Below, piece after piece: positions 41,801-52,308 of a DNA stretch of 64,000 nucleotides. Position 1 is the stretch's first letter; the number at the start of each line of letters is the position of its first letter. Made by a program: the position numbers and the translations under genes. The notes beneath the pieces were generated by a model. It was given only the letters and a program-made list of their open reading frames with translations, was not told the origin of the DNA and did no database searches. Source of the stretch: Escherichia coli (lineage in GTDB: Bacteria > Pseudomonadota > Gammaproteobacteria > Enterobacterales > Enterobacteriaceae); the NCBI RefSeq assembly GCF_003334305.1, contig NZ_QOWS01000004.1; one strand, 5' to 3'.

Positions 41801-41867
41801 CGACGCCATTCTATACCTGATAATTCTTCCAGCGGCGTTCACGTTTAAAATCAGGAATACTGCTCGC

Positions 41868-41906
41868 AAAATAAAAACGCCCCCATCATTTCTGACAGAG
41901 GCGTTT
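41868..41906 (-). terminator. cysJIH operon terminator
   Basis: Minus strand reads AAACGCC-18 nt loop-GGCGTTTTTATTTT, just downstream of the cysH stop. Confidence 0.5.
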
Positions 41907-41923
41907 AATTTATCCGGCAATAT

Positions 41924-42658
41924 TTACCCTTCGTGCAATCCACATTCCCTTTTTAAGCCAAAGAAACGTGTTTCTTCTTCCGACATGCCAGGTTCCCATT
42001 TACGGGTTGTATGGGTATCACCGACCGATAAATATCCTTCATCCCATAATGGGTGATATTTCAGGCCATGTTTTTGCAGGTACTGATAAATAGTTCGGTT
42101 ATCCCAGTCGATAATCGGCAGCACTTTAAATACGCCACGCTGAATTGCCAGCACCGGTAAATTGGCGCGACTGCCGGATTGTTCACGGCGCAGGCCAGCA
42201 AACCAGGTTTGCGCGTTAAGTTCTTTCAGAGCCCGGTTCATCGGTTCGACTTTGTTGATGTCATTGTACTTTTCAATGCCTTCAACGCCCTGTTCCCACA
42301 GTTTGCCGTAGCGTGCTTCCTGCCAGGCGGCGCTTTCGGTAGCGCGGTACACTTTCAGGTTGAGCTTGAGTTTGTCCGTTAACTCGTCAATAAAGCGGTA
42401 GGTTTCCGGGAACAGATAGCCGGTGTCGGTGAGGATCACCGGAATATCCGGGTGAATCTGATTCACCAGATGCAGGCTCACCGCCGCCTGAATGCCAAAG
42501 CTGGAAGAAAGTACATATTCACCGGGCAGATTATCCAGCGCCCAGGCAACGCGGCCTTCAGCGTCCAGTTTTTCCAGTTCGGCGTTAGTTTCTGCCAGCG
42601 CCAGAATGCGATCTACCTTCGGCAGTTCGTTCAGGGCGTTTAGATCGAGTTTGGACAT
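41924..42658 (-). CDS. cysH: Phosphoadenosine phosphosulfate (PAPS) reductase
   Basis: 244 aa from [23 protein letters not shown]... with the C-terminal ECGLH motif. The ORF-track start at 42811 is an extension through a REP element. Confidence 0.96.
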   Translation of the reverse strand: MSKLDLNALNELPKVDRILALAETNAELEKLDAEGRVAWALDNLPGEYVLSSSFGIQAAVSLHLVNQIHPDIPVILTDTGYLFPETYRFIDELTDKLKLNLKVYRATESAAWQEARYGKLWEQGVEGIEKYNDINKVEPMNRALKELNAQTWFAGLRREQSGSRANLPVLAIQRGVFKVLPIIDWDNRTIYQYLQKHGLKYHPLWDEGYLSVGDTHTTRKWEPGMSEEETRFFGLKRECGLHEG

Positions 42659-42679
42659 AGATTCCTCACTGTTTGCCTT

Positions 42680-42716
42680 GCCTGATGCGACGCTCACGCG
42701 TCTTATCAGGCCTACA
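42680..42716. repeat. REP element between cysI and cysH
   Basis: GCCTGATGCGACGCTCACGCGTCTTATCAGGCCTAC. Confidence 0.8.
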
Positions 42717-42731
42717 AGACCGGGCTGATGG

Positions 42732-44444
42732 TTAATCCCACAAATCGCGCGCCGGATCGAGCACCGGGCGAATGATGCCCGCACGCACCGTAAAGTCGCC
42801 GAAGCCTTCACCCGCTTCGCGCTCTTTCGCCCAGCGCCCTATCAGTTCATCAAGCGACGCCAGGATTTCCGGCTCGGTGATGTTTTCTTTATACATCCGT
42901 GGGATACGTGTCCCAATGCGGTTGCCGCCAAGATGCAGGTTGTAGCGACCCGGCGCTTTACCCACCAGGCCCACTTCCGCCAGCATCGCGCGACCACAAC
43001 CGTTCGGGCAGCCTGTTACACGCATCACGATATGCTCATCGCTGACACCATGTTTCGCCATTAAATTATCGATGTTGTCGATAAAAGACGGCAGGAAACG
43101 CTCTGCTTCCGCCATCGCCAGCGGGCAAGTCGGGAACGAGACGCAGGCCATCGAGTTTTCACGCTGCGGCGTGACGGCATTCATTAACCCGCTCTCTTTG
43201 GCGATCTTCTCGATCTTCGCTTTCTCGCTTTCCGGTACACCGGCGATGATCAGATTCTGGTTCGCCGTAATGCGGAAATCGCCTTTGTGGATCTTCGCGA
43301 TCTCCAGCAGGCCGGTTTTCAGCGGACGCCCCGGATAATCAAGGATGCGACCATTTTCGATAAACAGCGTCAGGTGCCAGTTATCATCAATGCCCTTAAC
43401 CCAGCCAATACGATCGCCTCGTCCGGTGAACTCATATGGACGGATCGGTTCAAATTTGATCCCCGCGCGACGCTCCACTTCCGCTTTAAACGTCTCAACC
43501 CCCACGCGCTCCAGCGTGTATTTGGTTTTGGCATTTTTACGATCGGTTCGGTTACCCCAGTCACGCTGAGTTGTCACGACGGCTTCGGCCACCGCCAGCG
43601 TATGCTCCAGCGGCAGATAGCCAAACTCGCTCGCCGTGCGGGCGTAGGTTTTCTTGTTGCCGTGTTCGATAGAAAGCCCACCGCCCACCAGCAGGTTGAA
43701 GCCTACCAGCTTGCCGTTTTCGGCGATTGCCACGAAGTTCATGTCGTTGGCATGCAGATCGATATCGTTCTGCGGCGGGATCACTACCGTGGTTTTGAAC
43801 TTACGCGGCAGGTAGGTCTGACCAAGGATCGGTTCTTCATCAGTAGTGGCGACTTTTTCCTGGTCGAGCCAGATCTCCGCATACGCGCGGGTACGAGGCA
43901 ACAGATGCTCAGAAATCTTCTTCGCCCACTCGTACGCTTCCGCGTGCAGCTGCGACTCGTAAGGGTTCGAGGTGCAGAGTACGTTACGGTTCATGTCGTT
44001 AGCTGTCGCCAGCGCATCAAGACCGACCGAGTGCAGCATCTGGTGCACCGGTTTGACGTTCTTTTTCAGAATGCCGTGGAACTGAAACGTCTGGCGGTTG
44101 GTCAGGCGAATGCTGCCATAGATGGTGTTTTCACCGGCAAATTTATCGATCGCTTGCCACTGTTTGGTGGTGATCACGCCACCCGGCAGACGACAGCGCA
44201 ACAGCATCGCATGGCGCGGCTCCAGCTTCTGTTCAGCACGTTCGGCGCGGATGTCGCGGTCATCCTGCTGATACATGCCGTGGAAGCGGATCAGCAGGAA
44301 GTTATCGCCCTTAAAGCCGCCGGTCAGACCGTCGTTTAAATCTTCCGCAATGGTGCCGCGCAGGTAGTTGCTTTCAAGCTTCATGCGCTCGGCGTCTGTC
44401 AGTTTACCTTCGACCACTAAAGGCCCTGGATGTTTTTCGCTCAT
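42732..44444 (-). CDS. cysI: Sulfite reductase hemoprotein beta subunit
   Basis: 570 aa [22 protein letters not shown]... with siroheme/4Fe-4S ligands CPNGC...C. Confidence 0.96.
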   Translation of the reverse strand: MSEKHPGPLVVEGKLTDAERMKLESNYLRGTIAEDLNDGLTGGFKGDNFLLIRFHGMYQQDDRDIRAERAEQKLEPRHAMLLRCRLPGGVITTKQWQAIDKFAGENTIYGSIRLTNRQTFQFHGILKKNVKPVHQMLHSVGLDALATANDMNRNVLCTSNPYESQLHAEAYEWAKKISEHLLPRTRAYAEIWLDQEKVATTDEEPILGQTYLPRKFKTTVVIPPQNDIDLHANDMNFVAIAENGKLVGFNLLVGGGLSIEHGNKKTYARTASEFGYLPLEHTLAVAEAVVTTQRDWGNRTDRKNAKTKYTLERVGVETFKAEVERRAGIKFEPIRPYEFTGRGDRIGWVKGIDDNWHLTLFIENGRILDYPGRPLKTGLLEIAKIHKGDFRITANQNLIIAGVPESEKAKIEKIAKESGLMNAVTPQRENSMACVSFPTCPLAMAEAERFLPSFIDNIDNLMAKHGVSDEHIVMRVTGCPNGCGRAMLAEVGLVGKAPGRYNLHLGGNRIGTRIPRMYKENITEPEILASLDELIGRWAKEREAGEGFGDFTVRAGIIRPVLDPARDLWD

Positions 44445-46243
44445 TAGTAGACATCTCGCTGATAACGGCGCTCTACGCGCAGCTCACTTAAAAATTCATC
44501 CGCCGCTTCGGTGTCCATGCCACCAAATTCGGCAATCACTTCCAGAAGTGCCTGCTCAACGTCTTTCGCCATGCGATTAGCGTCACCGCAGACATAAATA
44601 TGGGCACCGTCATTGATCCAGCGCCACAGCTCCGCGCCCTGTTCGCGCAGTTTGTCTTGTACGTAAACTTTTTCTTTTTGGTCGCGCGACCAGGCGAGAT
44701 CGATCCGCGTCAGCACACCCTCTTTGACGTAGCGCTGCCACTCCACCTGGTAGAGGAAATCTTCCGTAAAGTGCGGGTTGCCAAAGAACAGCCAGTTTTT
44801 ACCCGGTGCTTCGTCGGCAGCACGTTGCTGCATAAAGGCGCGGAACGGCGCGATGCCGGTGCCTGGGCCAATCATAATCACCGGGGTTTCCGGGTTAGCG
44901 GGCAGGCGGAAGTTATCGTTATGTTCGATAAATACGCGGAGTTCGCCCTCTTCTTCCACGCGGTCCGCGAGGAAGCTGGAGGCACCACCGGCACGGGCGC
45001 GGCCTTCCACGTCGTAACGCACCACACCAACGGTGACGTGTACTTCGTTCTCGACTTCCGCCTGCGAGGAGGCGATGGAATACAGACGCGGCGTCAGCGG
45101 GCGCAGCAGATTAATTAGCGCTTCGGCATCAAGCTGTGCCGGGGAGAAACGCACCATGTCAACAATCGGCGTCGTCGCGGCGTAATGCTGTAACTTCGCT
45201 TTATCGCCCACCAGCGGCAGCAGTGTTTCACTGCGGGTAAGCGTGGCGTAATTCTCAACAATGTTGGCGGTGTTGACGGTCAGTTCGAAGTGCCACTGTA
45301 GCGCTTCGTTCAGAGGCAACGTTTTGCCCTCGACGGTGACAGGTTCATCGCCTGTCAGCCACAGCAGTTCGACAAGTTCTTTCACCAGTGCCGGATCGTT
45401 CTGATACCAGACGCCCAGCGCGTCACCCGGCTGGTAACGCAGGCCCGAGTCACCTAAGTCAATTTCGATATGGCGAACGTCTTTTTCAGAGTTACGCCCG
45501 GTAATTTTCTGGTTAACAGAGAGGCTAGCCACCAGTGGCGCGTCTTTGCTGTACGGGCTGGTGTGGATTTCATTTACCGCGCCAGTAGCGACGGATTGCG
45601 AAGGTGCCGCGACAGGCGCACGCGATTTAAGCGCATCAACCACGCGGGCGCGCCACTCGCTGGCAGCAGCCTGGTATTCAACATCGGCATCGACACGGTC
45701 GAGCAGGCGTTCACCGCCCAGTTCCGCCAGCTTGCTGTCGAAATCTTTCCCGGACTGGCAGAAAAATTCATAAGAGCTATCGCCGAGGCTAAACACGGCA
45801 AACGCGGTGTTTTCCAGCTTTGGCGCTTTTTTGGAGAACAGGAACTTATGCAGCGCGACGGCTTCTTCCGGCGGTTCCCCTTCCCCTTGCGTTGACGTCA
45901 CCACGATAAGCAGTTTTTCGCTGGCGATTTGTTTGAATTTATAGTCGCCCGCGTTCACCAGCTTAACGTTCAGTTTTGCCGTCAATAAATCATCGCGTAA
46001 TGCTTCAGCAACCCGGCGCGCATTGCCGGTTTGCGAAGCAGAGATAATAGTTATACCCGGCATTTCTGCGGCTGGCGCTGGCGTCGCTGCAAGCGCAGCA
46101 GGCTGCTGATTGAGCACGCCCCAGAAATAGCCAGAAACCCAGGCAAGCTGGGTGGGAGTTAAATCGGTCGTGGCCGCCTGAAGGCGTGCCAGTTGCTCCG
46201 GGTTCAACGGAAGCAACGCGGAAGGTGGGACCTGTGTCGTCAT
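44444..46243 (-). CDS. cysJ: Sulfite reductase flavoprotein alpha subunit
   Basis: 599 aa with a flavodoxin domain and an FNR-like domain (RLYSIASS). Confidence 0.96.
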   Translation of the reverse strand: MTTQVPPSALLPLNPEQLARLQAATTDLTPTQLAWVSGYFWGVLNQQPAALAATPAPAAEMPGITIISASQTGNARRVAEALRDDLLTAKLNVKLVNAGDYKFKQIASEKLLIVVTSTQGEGEPPEEAVALHKFLFSKKAPKLENTAFAVFSLGDSSYEFFCQSGKDFDSKLAELGGERLLDRVDADVEYQAAASEWRARVVDALKSRAPVAAPSQSVATGAVNEIHTSPYSKDAPLVASLSVNQKITGRNSEKDVRHIEIDLGDSGLRYQPGDALGVWYQNDPALVKELVELLWLTGDEPVTVEGKTLPLNEALQWHFELTVNTANIVENYATLTRSETLLPLVGDKAKLQHYAATTPIVDMVRFSPAQLDAEALINLLRPLTPRLYSIASSQAEVENEVHVTVGVVRYDVEGRARAGGASSFLADRVEEEGELRVFIEHNDNFRLPANPETPVIMIGPGTGIAPFRAFMQQRAADEAPGKNWLFFGNPHFTEDFLYQVEWQRYVKEGVLTRIDLAWSRDQKEKVYVQDKLREQGAELWRWINDGAHIYVCGDANRMAKDVEQALLEVIAEFGGMDTEAADEFLSELRVERRYQRDVY

Positions 46244-46558
46244 GCGTCGTTATGTTCCAGTAAGCAAAGCTGTTTCTGCGCCCTGTCAGCGCCCATAAAA
46301 CAGAAGAGAAGGTAAGGTTAACGGGGCAAATGGTGTGGATTAAAGACGGGATAGCGATAACTAATAACCAAATCGACTAACCTGTTTTAGCAATAGTCTT
46401 TAACAACAAAATAGATTAACCAACCCAATGAAAAACAAATGAATTTAGCCAATCATTAAGATAAATCAGCGATTTTGCGCAACAAAGTCGTTTTAGATAA
46501 TGCGAAAAAACAGCCTTTCCGGTACTCTACGGCGGTTTTATCGTCCTGTAGAGAAATT

Positions 46559-46924
46559 ATGATGTCCACCACGTTATTTAAAGATTTCACCTTCGAAGCC
46601 GCTCACCGCTTACCACACGTCCCGGAAGGGCATAAATGTGGTCGCCTGCACGGGCATTCCTTTATGGTGCGACTGGAAATTACCGGGGAAGTCGATCCGC
46701 ATACGGGCTGGATTATCGATTTCGCTGAACTAAAAGCGGCGTTTAAACCAACCTACGAGCGCCTCGATCACCATTATCTCAATGATATTCCAGGTCTGGA
46801 AAACCCAACCAGCGAGGTTTTAGCAAAATGGATTTGGGATCAGGTTAAACCCGTTGTGCCGCTGTTAAGTGCGGTGATGGTAAAAGAAACCTGTACCGCA
46901 GGTTGTATCTATCGCGGCGAATGA
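46559..46924 (+). CDS. queD: 6-carboxy-5,6,7,8-tetrahydropterin synthase (queuosine biosynthesis)
   Basis: 121 aa from [35 protein letters not shown], the PTPS family. Confidence 0.93.
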   Translation: MMSTTLFKDFTFEAAHRLPHVPEGHKCGRLHGHSFMVRLEITGEVDPHTGWIIDFAELKAAFKPTYERLDHHYLNDIPGLENPTSEVLAKWIWDQVKPVVPLLSAVMVKETCTAGCIYRGE

Positions 46925-47001
46925 TAAGAGTGTGTCGGCGGTCAATTTCCCTTAAGTAACGCTATGTTAGGGTGTTGTGTTCTGGATATCTGGGGCATGA
47001 C

Positions 47002-48273
47002 ATGGAAGACGACTGCGACATTATTATTATTGGTGCCGGTATTGCAGGCACCGCTTGCGCGTTACGCTGCGCACGAGCGGGTTTATCCGTTTTGTTACTG
47101 GAACGCGCTGAAATCCCCGGCAGCAAAAATCTTTCCGGCGGGCGGTTATATACCCATGCACTCGCGGAACTCCTCCCGCAATTTCATCTGACCGCGCCTC
47201 TTGAACGACGCATCACTCACGAAAGCCTTTCCCTGTTAACGCCCGATGGCGTAACGACGTTTTCCAGCTTACAGCCCGGCGGTGAATCCTGGAGTGTATT
47301 ACGTGCACGGTTCGATCCGTGGCTGGTTGCCGAAGCCGAAAAAGAAGGTGTCGAATGCATCCCCGGAGCGACGGTGGATGCACTGTATGAAGAAAACGGC
47401 AGGGTGTGTGGTGTCATTTGTGGTGACGATATTCTCCGCGCCCGTTATGTGGTGCTGGCAGAAGGTGCCAACAGCGTCCTGGCTGAACGTCACGGATTAG
47501 TGACTCGTCCTGCTGGCGAAGCGATGGCGTTGGGGATCAAAGAAGTGCTGTCGCTGGAAACATCCGCTATTGAAGAACGTTTTCATCTGGAGAATAACGA
47601 AGGCGCAGCGTTGCTGTTCAGCGGCAGGATCTGTGATGACTTACCCGGCGGCGCATTTCTTTATACTAATCAACAAACGCTCTCGTTAGGGATTGTTTGC
47701 CCGCTCTCTTCCCTTACGCAAAGTCGTGTTCCGGCAAGCGAGCTGCTGACTCGCTTTAAAGCGCATCCGGCAGTGCGCCCGCTTATCAAAAACACGGAAT
47801 CACTGGAGTATGGTGCGCATCTGGTGCCAGAAGGTGGCTTGCACAGTATGCCGGTGCAATACGCCGGTAACGGCTGGCTGCTGGTGGGCGATGCGTTGCG
47901 CAGTTGCGTCAATACCGGAATTTCCGTGCGCGGCATGGATATGGCGCTGACTGGCGCGCAGGCGGCGGCACAAACGCTGATAAGCGCCTGCCAGCACCGC
48001 GAGCCGCAAAATCTGTTTGCGCTTTATCATCACAACGTAGAGCGCAGCCTGCTATGGGATGTTCTACAACGTTATCAGCATGTTCCGGCGCTTTTGCAAC
48101 GCCCTGGCTGGTATCGGGCGTGGCCTGCGTTAATGCAGGATATTTCCCGCGATTTATGGGATCAGGGTGATAAACCTGTTCCACCGCTGCGCCAGTTATT
48201 CTGGCGTCATTTACGTCGTCATGGCCTGTGGCATCTGGCGGGCGATGTTATCAGGAGTCTGCGATGTCTGTAG
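47002..48273 (+). CDS. ygcN: FixC-like FAD-dependent ETF:quinone-type oxidoreductase
   Basis: 423 aa from MEDDCDIIIIGAGIAGTACALRCARAG, an FAD dinucleotide fold. Followed by a FixX-like ferredoxin gene. Confidence 0.88.
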   Translation: MEDDCDIIIIGAGIAGTACALRCARAGLSVLLLERAEIPGSKNLSGGRLYTHALAELLPQFHLTAPLERRITHESLSLLTPDGVTTFSSLQPGGESWSVLRARFDPWLVAEAEKEGVECIPGATVDALYEENGRVCGVICGDDILRARYVVLAEGANSVLAERHGLVTRPAGEAMALGIKEVLSLETSAIEERFHLENNEGAALLFSGRICDDLPGGAFLYTNQQTLSLGIVCPLSSLTQSRVPASELLTRFKAHPAVRPLIKNTESLEYGAHLVPEGGLHSMPVQYAGNGWLLVGDALRSCVNTGISVRGMDMALTGAQAAAQTLISACQHREPQNLFALYHHNVERSLLWDVLQRYQHVPALLQRPGWYRAWPALMQDISRDLWDQGDKPVPPLRQLFWRHLRRHGLWHLAGDVIRSLRCL

Positions 48274-48524
48274 CCCATAATCTCTGGCGCGTTGCTGATG
48301 CGCCGCACATTGTTCCGGCTGACTCCGTTGAGCGTCAGATGGTACAACGGTTGATTAACGCCTGTCCGGCAGGTCTTTTTTCGCTCACACCGGAAGGTGA
48401 CTTACGCGTTGATTATCACGGCTGCCTGGAGTGTGGCACCTGCCGTTTGCTGTGCGACGAATCCACACTACAACAGTGGCGCTATCCGCCTTCCGGATTC
48501 GGCATCACCTACCGCTTTGGATAA
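48264..48524 (+). CDS. ygcO: FixX-like ferredoxin
   Basis: 86 aa from MSVAHNLWRV with CPAG...CLECGTCRLLC. AGGAG RBS. 10-nt overlap with ygcN. Confidence 0.85.
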   Translation: MSVAHNLWRVADAPHIVPADSVERQMVQRLINACPAGLFSLTPEGDLRVDYHGCLECGTCRLLCDESTLQQWRYPPSGFGITYRFG

Positions 48525-48540
48525 ATAATAAGGATAATTT

Positions 48541-49116
48541 ATGCCCCTCTTACACCTGCTCCGCCAGAATCCGGTGATTGCTGCCGTTAAAGATAATGCC
48601 AGCCTGCAACTGGCAATCGACTCTGAATGCCAGTTTATTTCCGTGTTGTACGGCAATATCTGCACCATCAGTAATATCGTTAAAAAGATTAAGAACGCCG
48701 GGAAATATGCTTTTATTCATGTTGATTTGCTGGAAGGCGCGTCAAATAAAGAAGTCGTGATTCAGTTTTTGAAACTGGTGACCGAGGCGGACGGCATTAT
48801 CAGTACCAAAGCCTCAATGTTGAAAGCGGCAAGAGCGGAAGGTTTTTTCTGTATTCATCGCCTGTTTATTGTTGATTCAATTTCGTTTCACAACATTGAT
48901 AAGCAAGTTGCGCAATCGAATCCGGATTGTATTGAGATCCTGCCAGGCTGTATGCCCAAAGTGCTGGGCTGGGTGACAGAGAAAATCCGCCAACCGCTGA
49001 TTGCCGGTGGGCTGGTGTGCGATGAAGAAGATGCGCGTAATGCGATTAACGCGGGTGTCGTGGCGCTTTCCACCACGAATACCGGGGTCTGGACGTTAGC
49101 GAAAAAATTACTTTGA
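48541..49116 (+). CDS. ygcP: GlpP-family (glycerol-3-phosphate responsive type) transcription antiterminator
   Basis: 191 aa MPLLHLLRQNPVIAAVKDNASLQLAI...HVDLLEG..., which resembles GlpP/TIM-barrel antiterminators. K-12 annotates it as a putative antiterminator. Confidence 0.8.
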   Translation: MPLLHLLRQNPVIAAVKDNASLQLAIDSECQFISVLYGNICTISNIVKKIKNAGKYAFIHVDLLEGASNKEVVIQFLKLVTEADGIISTKASMLKAARAEGFFCIHRLFIVDSISFHNIDKQVAQSNPDCIEILPGCMPKVLGWVTEKIRQPLIAGGLVCDEEDARNAINAGVVALSTTNTGVWTLAKKLL

Positions 49117-49149
49117 CGGGATAATCGTAACCAATTGAATTTGGTTTGA

Positions 49150-49260
49150 TTTGTAGGCCGCACGCCACATCCGACATTCAGCGCCTGATGCGACGCTTGA
49201 CGCGTCTTATCAGGCCTACAAGTCCCCAGGCCAGAACCGTAGGCAGGATCATCCGGCAAC
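49150..49260. repeat. BIME / cluster of three REP elements at the convergent ygcP / ygcQ junction
   Basis: GTAGGCCGCACGCCACATCCGACAT, GCCTGATGCGACGCTTGACGCGTCTTATCAGGCCTAC and CGTAGGCAGGATCATCCGGCA. Confidence 0.8.
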
Positions 49261-49263
49261 ACG

Positions 49264-50124
49264 TTATTGGCAATCTGCGTGAATGTTTGTCACCAGTGCC
49301 TCCAGCACCACTTTCCAGTCATCAACCACGCCAACATCTGCCTGTGAAAATACCGCAGCGCTGGCGTCATGATTAATCGCCACCACAAACTTGCTATTGC
49401 GTACGCCCGCCATTAACGCTGCTGCGCCAGAAGCGCCAACAACAATACACACCTCAGGTGCCAGCAGATGTCCGGAAATACCAATCACTTTTTCAGCATC
49501 AACGCCACCGTTCATCACTCGCGCCCGACTGTAGCCCACTTCGGCTCCCAGCTTTTCTGCCAGCATAGCGATTTCCTGGTTATCTGCCTCTCCGCCCTGC
49601 CCCACCACCAGCACCCGTCTGGCCTCAGCTAATGGGTCGCGAGTAACATTTTTCAGATCCTCTGTGCTAACCAGCCAGTCGGGAAGCGCACCCGGGACAA
49701 TGTTCAGTTGTTGCATTCCAGAGGGCAACGTGGCGTTTTTCGCTGCTCCCGCCTGACGCGCCAGGGAAAGGCATAGCGGGCGTTTTTCTGTTTGCAGCGT
49801 CGCCGTTAGCGCATTTCCCCAGTGGGATTTGCGCACGCTTACGGTTGGAATATCTAACGAAGTCACCTGGCAGATGCTTGCACCATGTAAACGCCAGGCC
49901 AGCCGGGTCGACAGTTCATCGCCAAACGTTCCCGGCGGAAAGAGAACAACGTCCGCAGGCGTTCGCTGCCACTGTTCCACCAACGCATCCAGCACCTGTT
50001 CCGCCACTACAGGCTGAGGTTCAATCTGCCAGTGCGCCAGGGTACAACCGCTGAAATCCTGCGCCGCCAGCCAGCTTGCTATTGCGGCATTCTCCTGATT
50101 TATTGTCACAATTGCGATATTCAT
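49264..50124 (-). CDS. ygcQ: Electron transfer flavoprotein alpha subunit paralogue (FixB-like)
   Basis: 286 aa from MNIAIVTINQ... with the C-terminal ETF-alpha FAD domain. Start overlaps the ygcR stop (ATGA). Confidence 0.88.
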   Translation of the reverse strand: MNIAIVTINQENAAIASWLAAQDFSGCTLAHWQIEPQPVVAEQVLDALVEQWQRTPADVVLFPPGTFGDELSTRLAWRLHGASICQVTSLDIPTVSVRKSHWGNALTATLQTEKRPLCLSLARQAGAAKNATLPSGMQQLNIVPGALPDWLVSTEDLKNVTRDPLAEARRVLVVGQGGEADNQEIAMLAEKLGAEVGYSRARVMNGGVDAEKVIGISGHLLAPEVCIVVGASGAAALMAGVRNSKFVVAINHDASAAVFSQADVGVVDDWKVVLEALVTNIHADCQ

Positions 50125-50900
50125 GGCTGCATCCTTTGGCGTAAATAGTCCTGCCATAGCTTTTGAGCTTTTTCTGCTACCGTTTGCCCATCAATCAGCG
50201 TCGCTCCGCGTCGTTGCTCTGCTCTTGCCAGTTGCAGACACTGCATCGCTGGCATTTCGGCAGCAACAGTTTTACGGATAATTTCTGCTTTCCCCGCAGC
50301 CATTCGCTGGCGCATTCCCGGTACTGGCAAGGCCACTTCACCGCACTGACGCACGGCAATCACCGCAGGCAAGCGAACCCGGCAACAACGCAAACCATGT
50401 TCAGTACGCTGTTCGAGGGTGATAAACAGCGCGTCGAGAGTGAAACGCTCCACCTGGGTGAAGCAGGGCCAGCCCAGCATTTCCGCCAGCAAAAATGGCG
50501 TTTGCCCATTCTGCCCTTCGCTGCTTTGGCAGCCGGTAATTATCAGATCCAGCGGATTCTGATGCTGCCATTCGGCAATATGGCGAGCGACAAATTCCGG
50601 CGCAAAGCGCAGATCTGCCGCCGTCTCCAGCAATACAGCTTCCTCAAACCCAAGAGCCATGAGATAGCGCAGCCAGTGCAATGCCCGTTCATCCCCCATG
50701 CTCAACGCGGTTAAAGACATCGGCGTACCGTTTTTTCTCTGCGCCAACAGCAGCGCGGCAGCGGCCTGTTCATCAGCACCGAGTAAACTTCGCAGTAGCG
50801 AAATATCCGGTCCGCTTTTACCCTGAGCCGCCGCCTGCCACTCTTTTTCCGCCAGCATTCCGGCATCCGGTTCGGCTTTAAACGCTAACAGAATGTTCAT
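50121..50900 (-). CDS. ygcR: Electron transfer flavoprotein beta subunit paralogue (FixA-like)
   Basis: 259 aa from MNILLAFKAEPD. GGAGGTG RBS upstream of the ATG at 50900. Confidence 0.88.
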   Translation of the reverse strand: MNILLAFKAEPDAGMLAEKEWQAAAQGKSGPDISLLRSLLGADEQAAAALLLAQRKNGTPMSLTALSMGDERALHWLRYLMALGFEEAVLLETAADLRFAPEFVARHIAEWQHQNPLDLIITGCQSSEGQNGQTPFLLAEMLGWPCFTQVERFTLDALFITLEQRTEHGLRCCRVRLPAVIAVRQCGEVALPVPGMRQRMAAGKAEIIRKTVAAEMPAMQCLQLARAEQRRGATLIDGQTVAEKAQKLWQDYLRQRMQP

Positions 50901-52215
50901 TCGCACCTCCTACATTTCCCGCCGCCACCAGCGGGAGGGCTTTAGTTTCTGGTGCCCATAGCCAGGTCACAACAAAACCAACCAACAACACTGTCGCCAG
51001 GAGCAATAAGGTGACTTGCATTCCCCACTGCGCCAGCACCCACGGCAGCAGGCCAGTACTTACCGCCGCGCCAAGTCGACTCATGGCGGTGGCAAAACCG
51101 ACGCCCAGCGAGCGAATGTCAGTAGGAAAACTTTCCGCAGGCAAAATGCCCACCAGATTACTGACTGCCGAAATGGTGGTGCTGAAGAGAACAAAAAGCA
51201 GCAGCGTTAATGAACTGCCGGAAGGCAAACAGGCCATGACTACCAGCGTTGCCGCCAGCAGCAAAAAACTTCCCAGCAAAAATTTGCGATGTGCCAGCAG
51301 GTGCGTCAGAACTAATCCCAGCAGCGCGCCCACAATTAACAACGCATTAAGCATCAGGCTGGCAGTCAGCGCATCTTCCAGACCAATAGTCTGGGCGATA
51401 GTTGGCAGCCAGGTATAAATCACAAACCATGGGATTACGAGGCAGACAAAGAAGACGCTGTTAAACGCCGTTCGCCGCCAGTAACGCGAAGAGAACAAGG
51501 TTTTGATGTGTTTATGGGTCGCCGTTACCACTTCATCGCCCAGTAAAACATGGGGACCAAAATAGCGATGCACGATAGCGTGAGCTTCTGCAAAACGCCC
51601 CTGGCGCAGTAGCCAGCGTGGTGATTCTGGCGTTCCCCAGCGTAATAACGTAATCAACAACGCGGGCAGAGCTGCCGATGCCAGTAGCCAGCGCCAGGCC
51701 TCCGGGTTTTCGGAAATAAAGTGATGTCCGGCAATACTTGCCAGCACATAGCCTACGGTCCACACCACGCTGAATGCGCCCAGCAAAATACCGCGATGGC
51801 GGCGCGGGGAAAATTCAGCCAGCAAGGTGTGACCTACTGAATAATCGCCTCCCAGACCAATGCCAATCAAAATGCGCAGTCCAATAAGATGCTCTGGCGT
51901 GGTGGCAAAAAATTGTAAAAACGAAGCAAGCGTAATCAGCAAAAAGCTGAAGGTGAAGATTTTTTGCCGACCAATATGGTCGGAGATCCACCCAAGAACC
52001 AGGCTGCCAAGGAACAAACCAAGGAGCGCCGAGCCGCCGATCATTCCCGCCATAAACGGCGTCAGTTGCATGGCGGGCGTAAGCTGAATAATGGCGTAAC
52101 CAATGACGCCGAGAACATAACCGTCGGTCAGGTGTGCGCCGAAAGTGAGCGCAGCAATGCGGCAGTGAAAACGGTTAAGCGGTAAATCATCCATTCGCAC
52201 CGGTGAAGTGTTCAT
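50878..52215 (-). CDS. ygcS: MFS sugar-porter-family transporter
   Basis: 445 aa from MNTSPVRMDDLPLNRFH, with 12 TM helices and a GRQK-type loop motif. Confidence 0.85.
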   Translation of the reverse strand: MNTSPVRMDDLPLNRFHCRIAALTFGAHLTDGYVLGVIGYAIIQLTPAMQLTPFMAGMIGGSALLGLFLGSLVLGWISDHIGRQKIFTFSFLLITLASFLQFFATTPEHLIGLRILIGIGLGGDYSVGHTLLAEFSPRRHRGILLGAFSVVWTVGYVLASIAGHHFISENPEAWRWLLASAALPALLITLLRWGTPESPRWLLRQGRFAEAHAIVHRYFGPHVLLGDEVVTATHKHIKTLFSSRYWRRTAFNSVFFVCLVIPWFVIYTWLPTIAQTIGLEDALTASLMLNALLIVGALLGLVLTHLLAHRKFLLGSFLLLAATLVVMACLPSGSSLTLLLFVLFSTTISAVSNLVGILPAESFPTDIRSLGVGFATAMSRLGAAVSTGLLPWVLAQWGMQVTLLLLATVLLVGFVVTWLWAPETKALPLVAAGNVGGANEHSVSV

Positions 52216-52308
52216 CTTTACCCCTTCATTGTCCGGTAATAAGAACGGCTTCTCGCCTGAGAAGCCGAAAAGGCAACGCCCCGTCATCGCGGAACGCTGC
52301 CTGACACA

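Noticed and set aside
41450-42056. Plus-strand ORFs 41450-41716 (88 aa) and 41598-42056 (152 aa) in the cas3-cysH spacer.
   Set aside because: They lie antisense to the well-structured hok/mok locus and the cysH 3' end, with no RBS and odd composition. The minus-strand hok interpretation accounts for the conserved elements.
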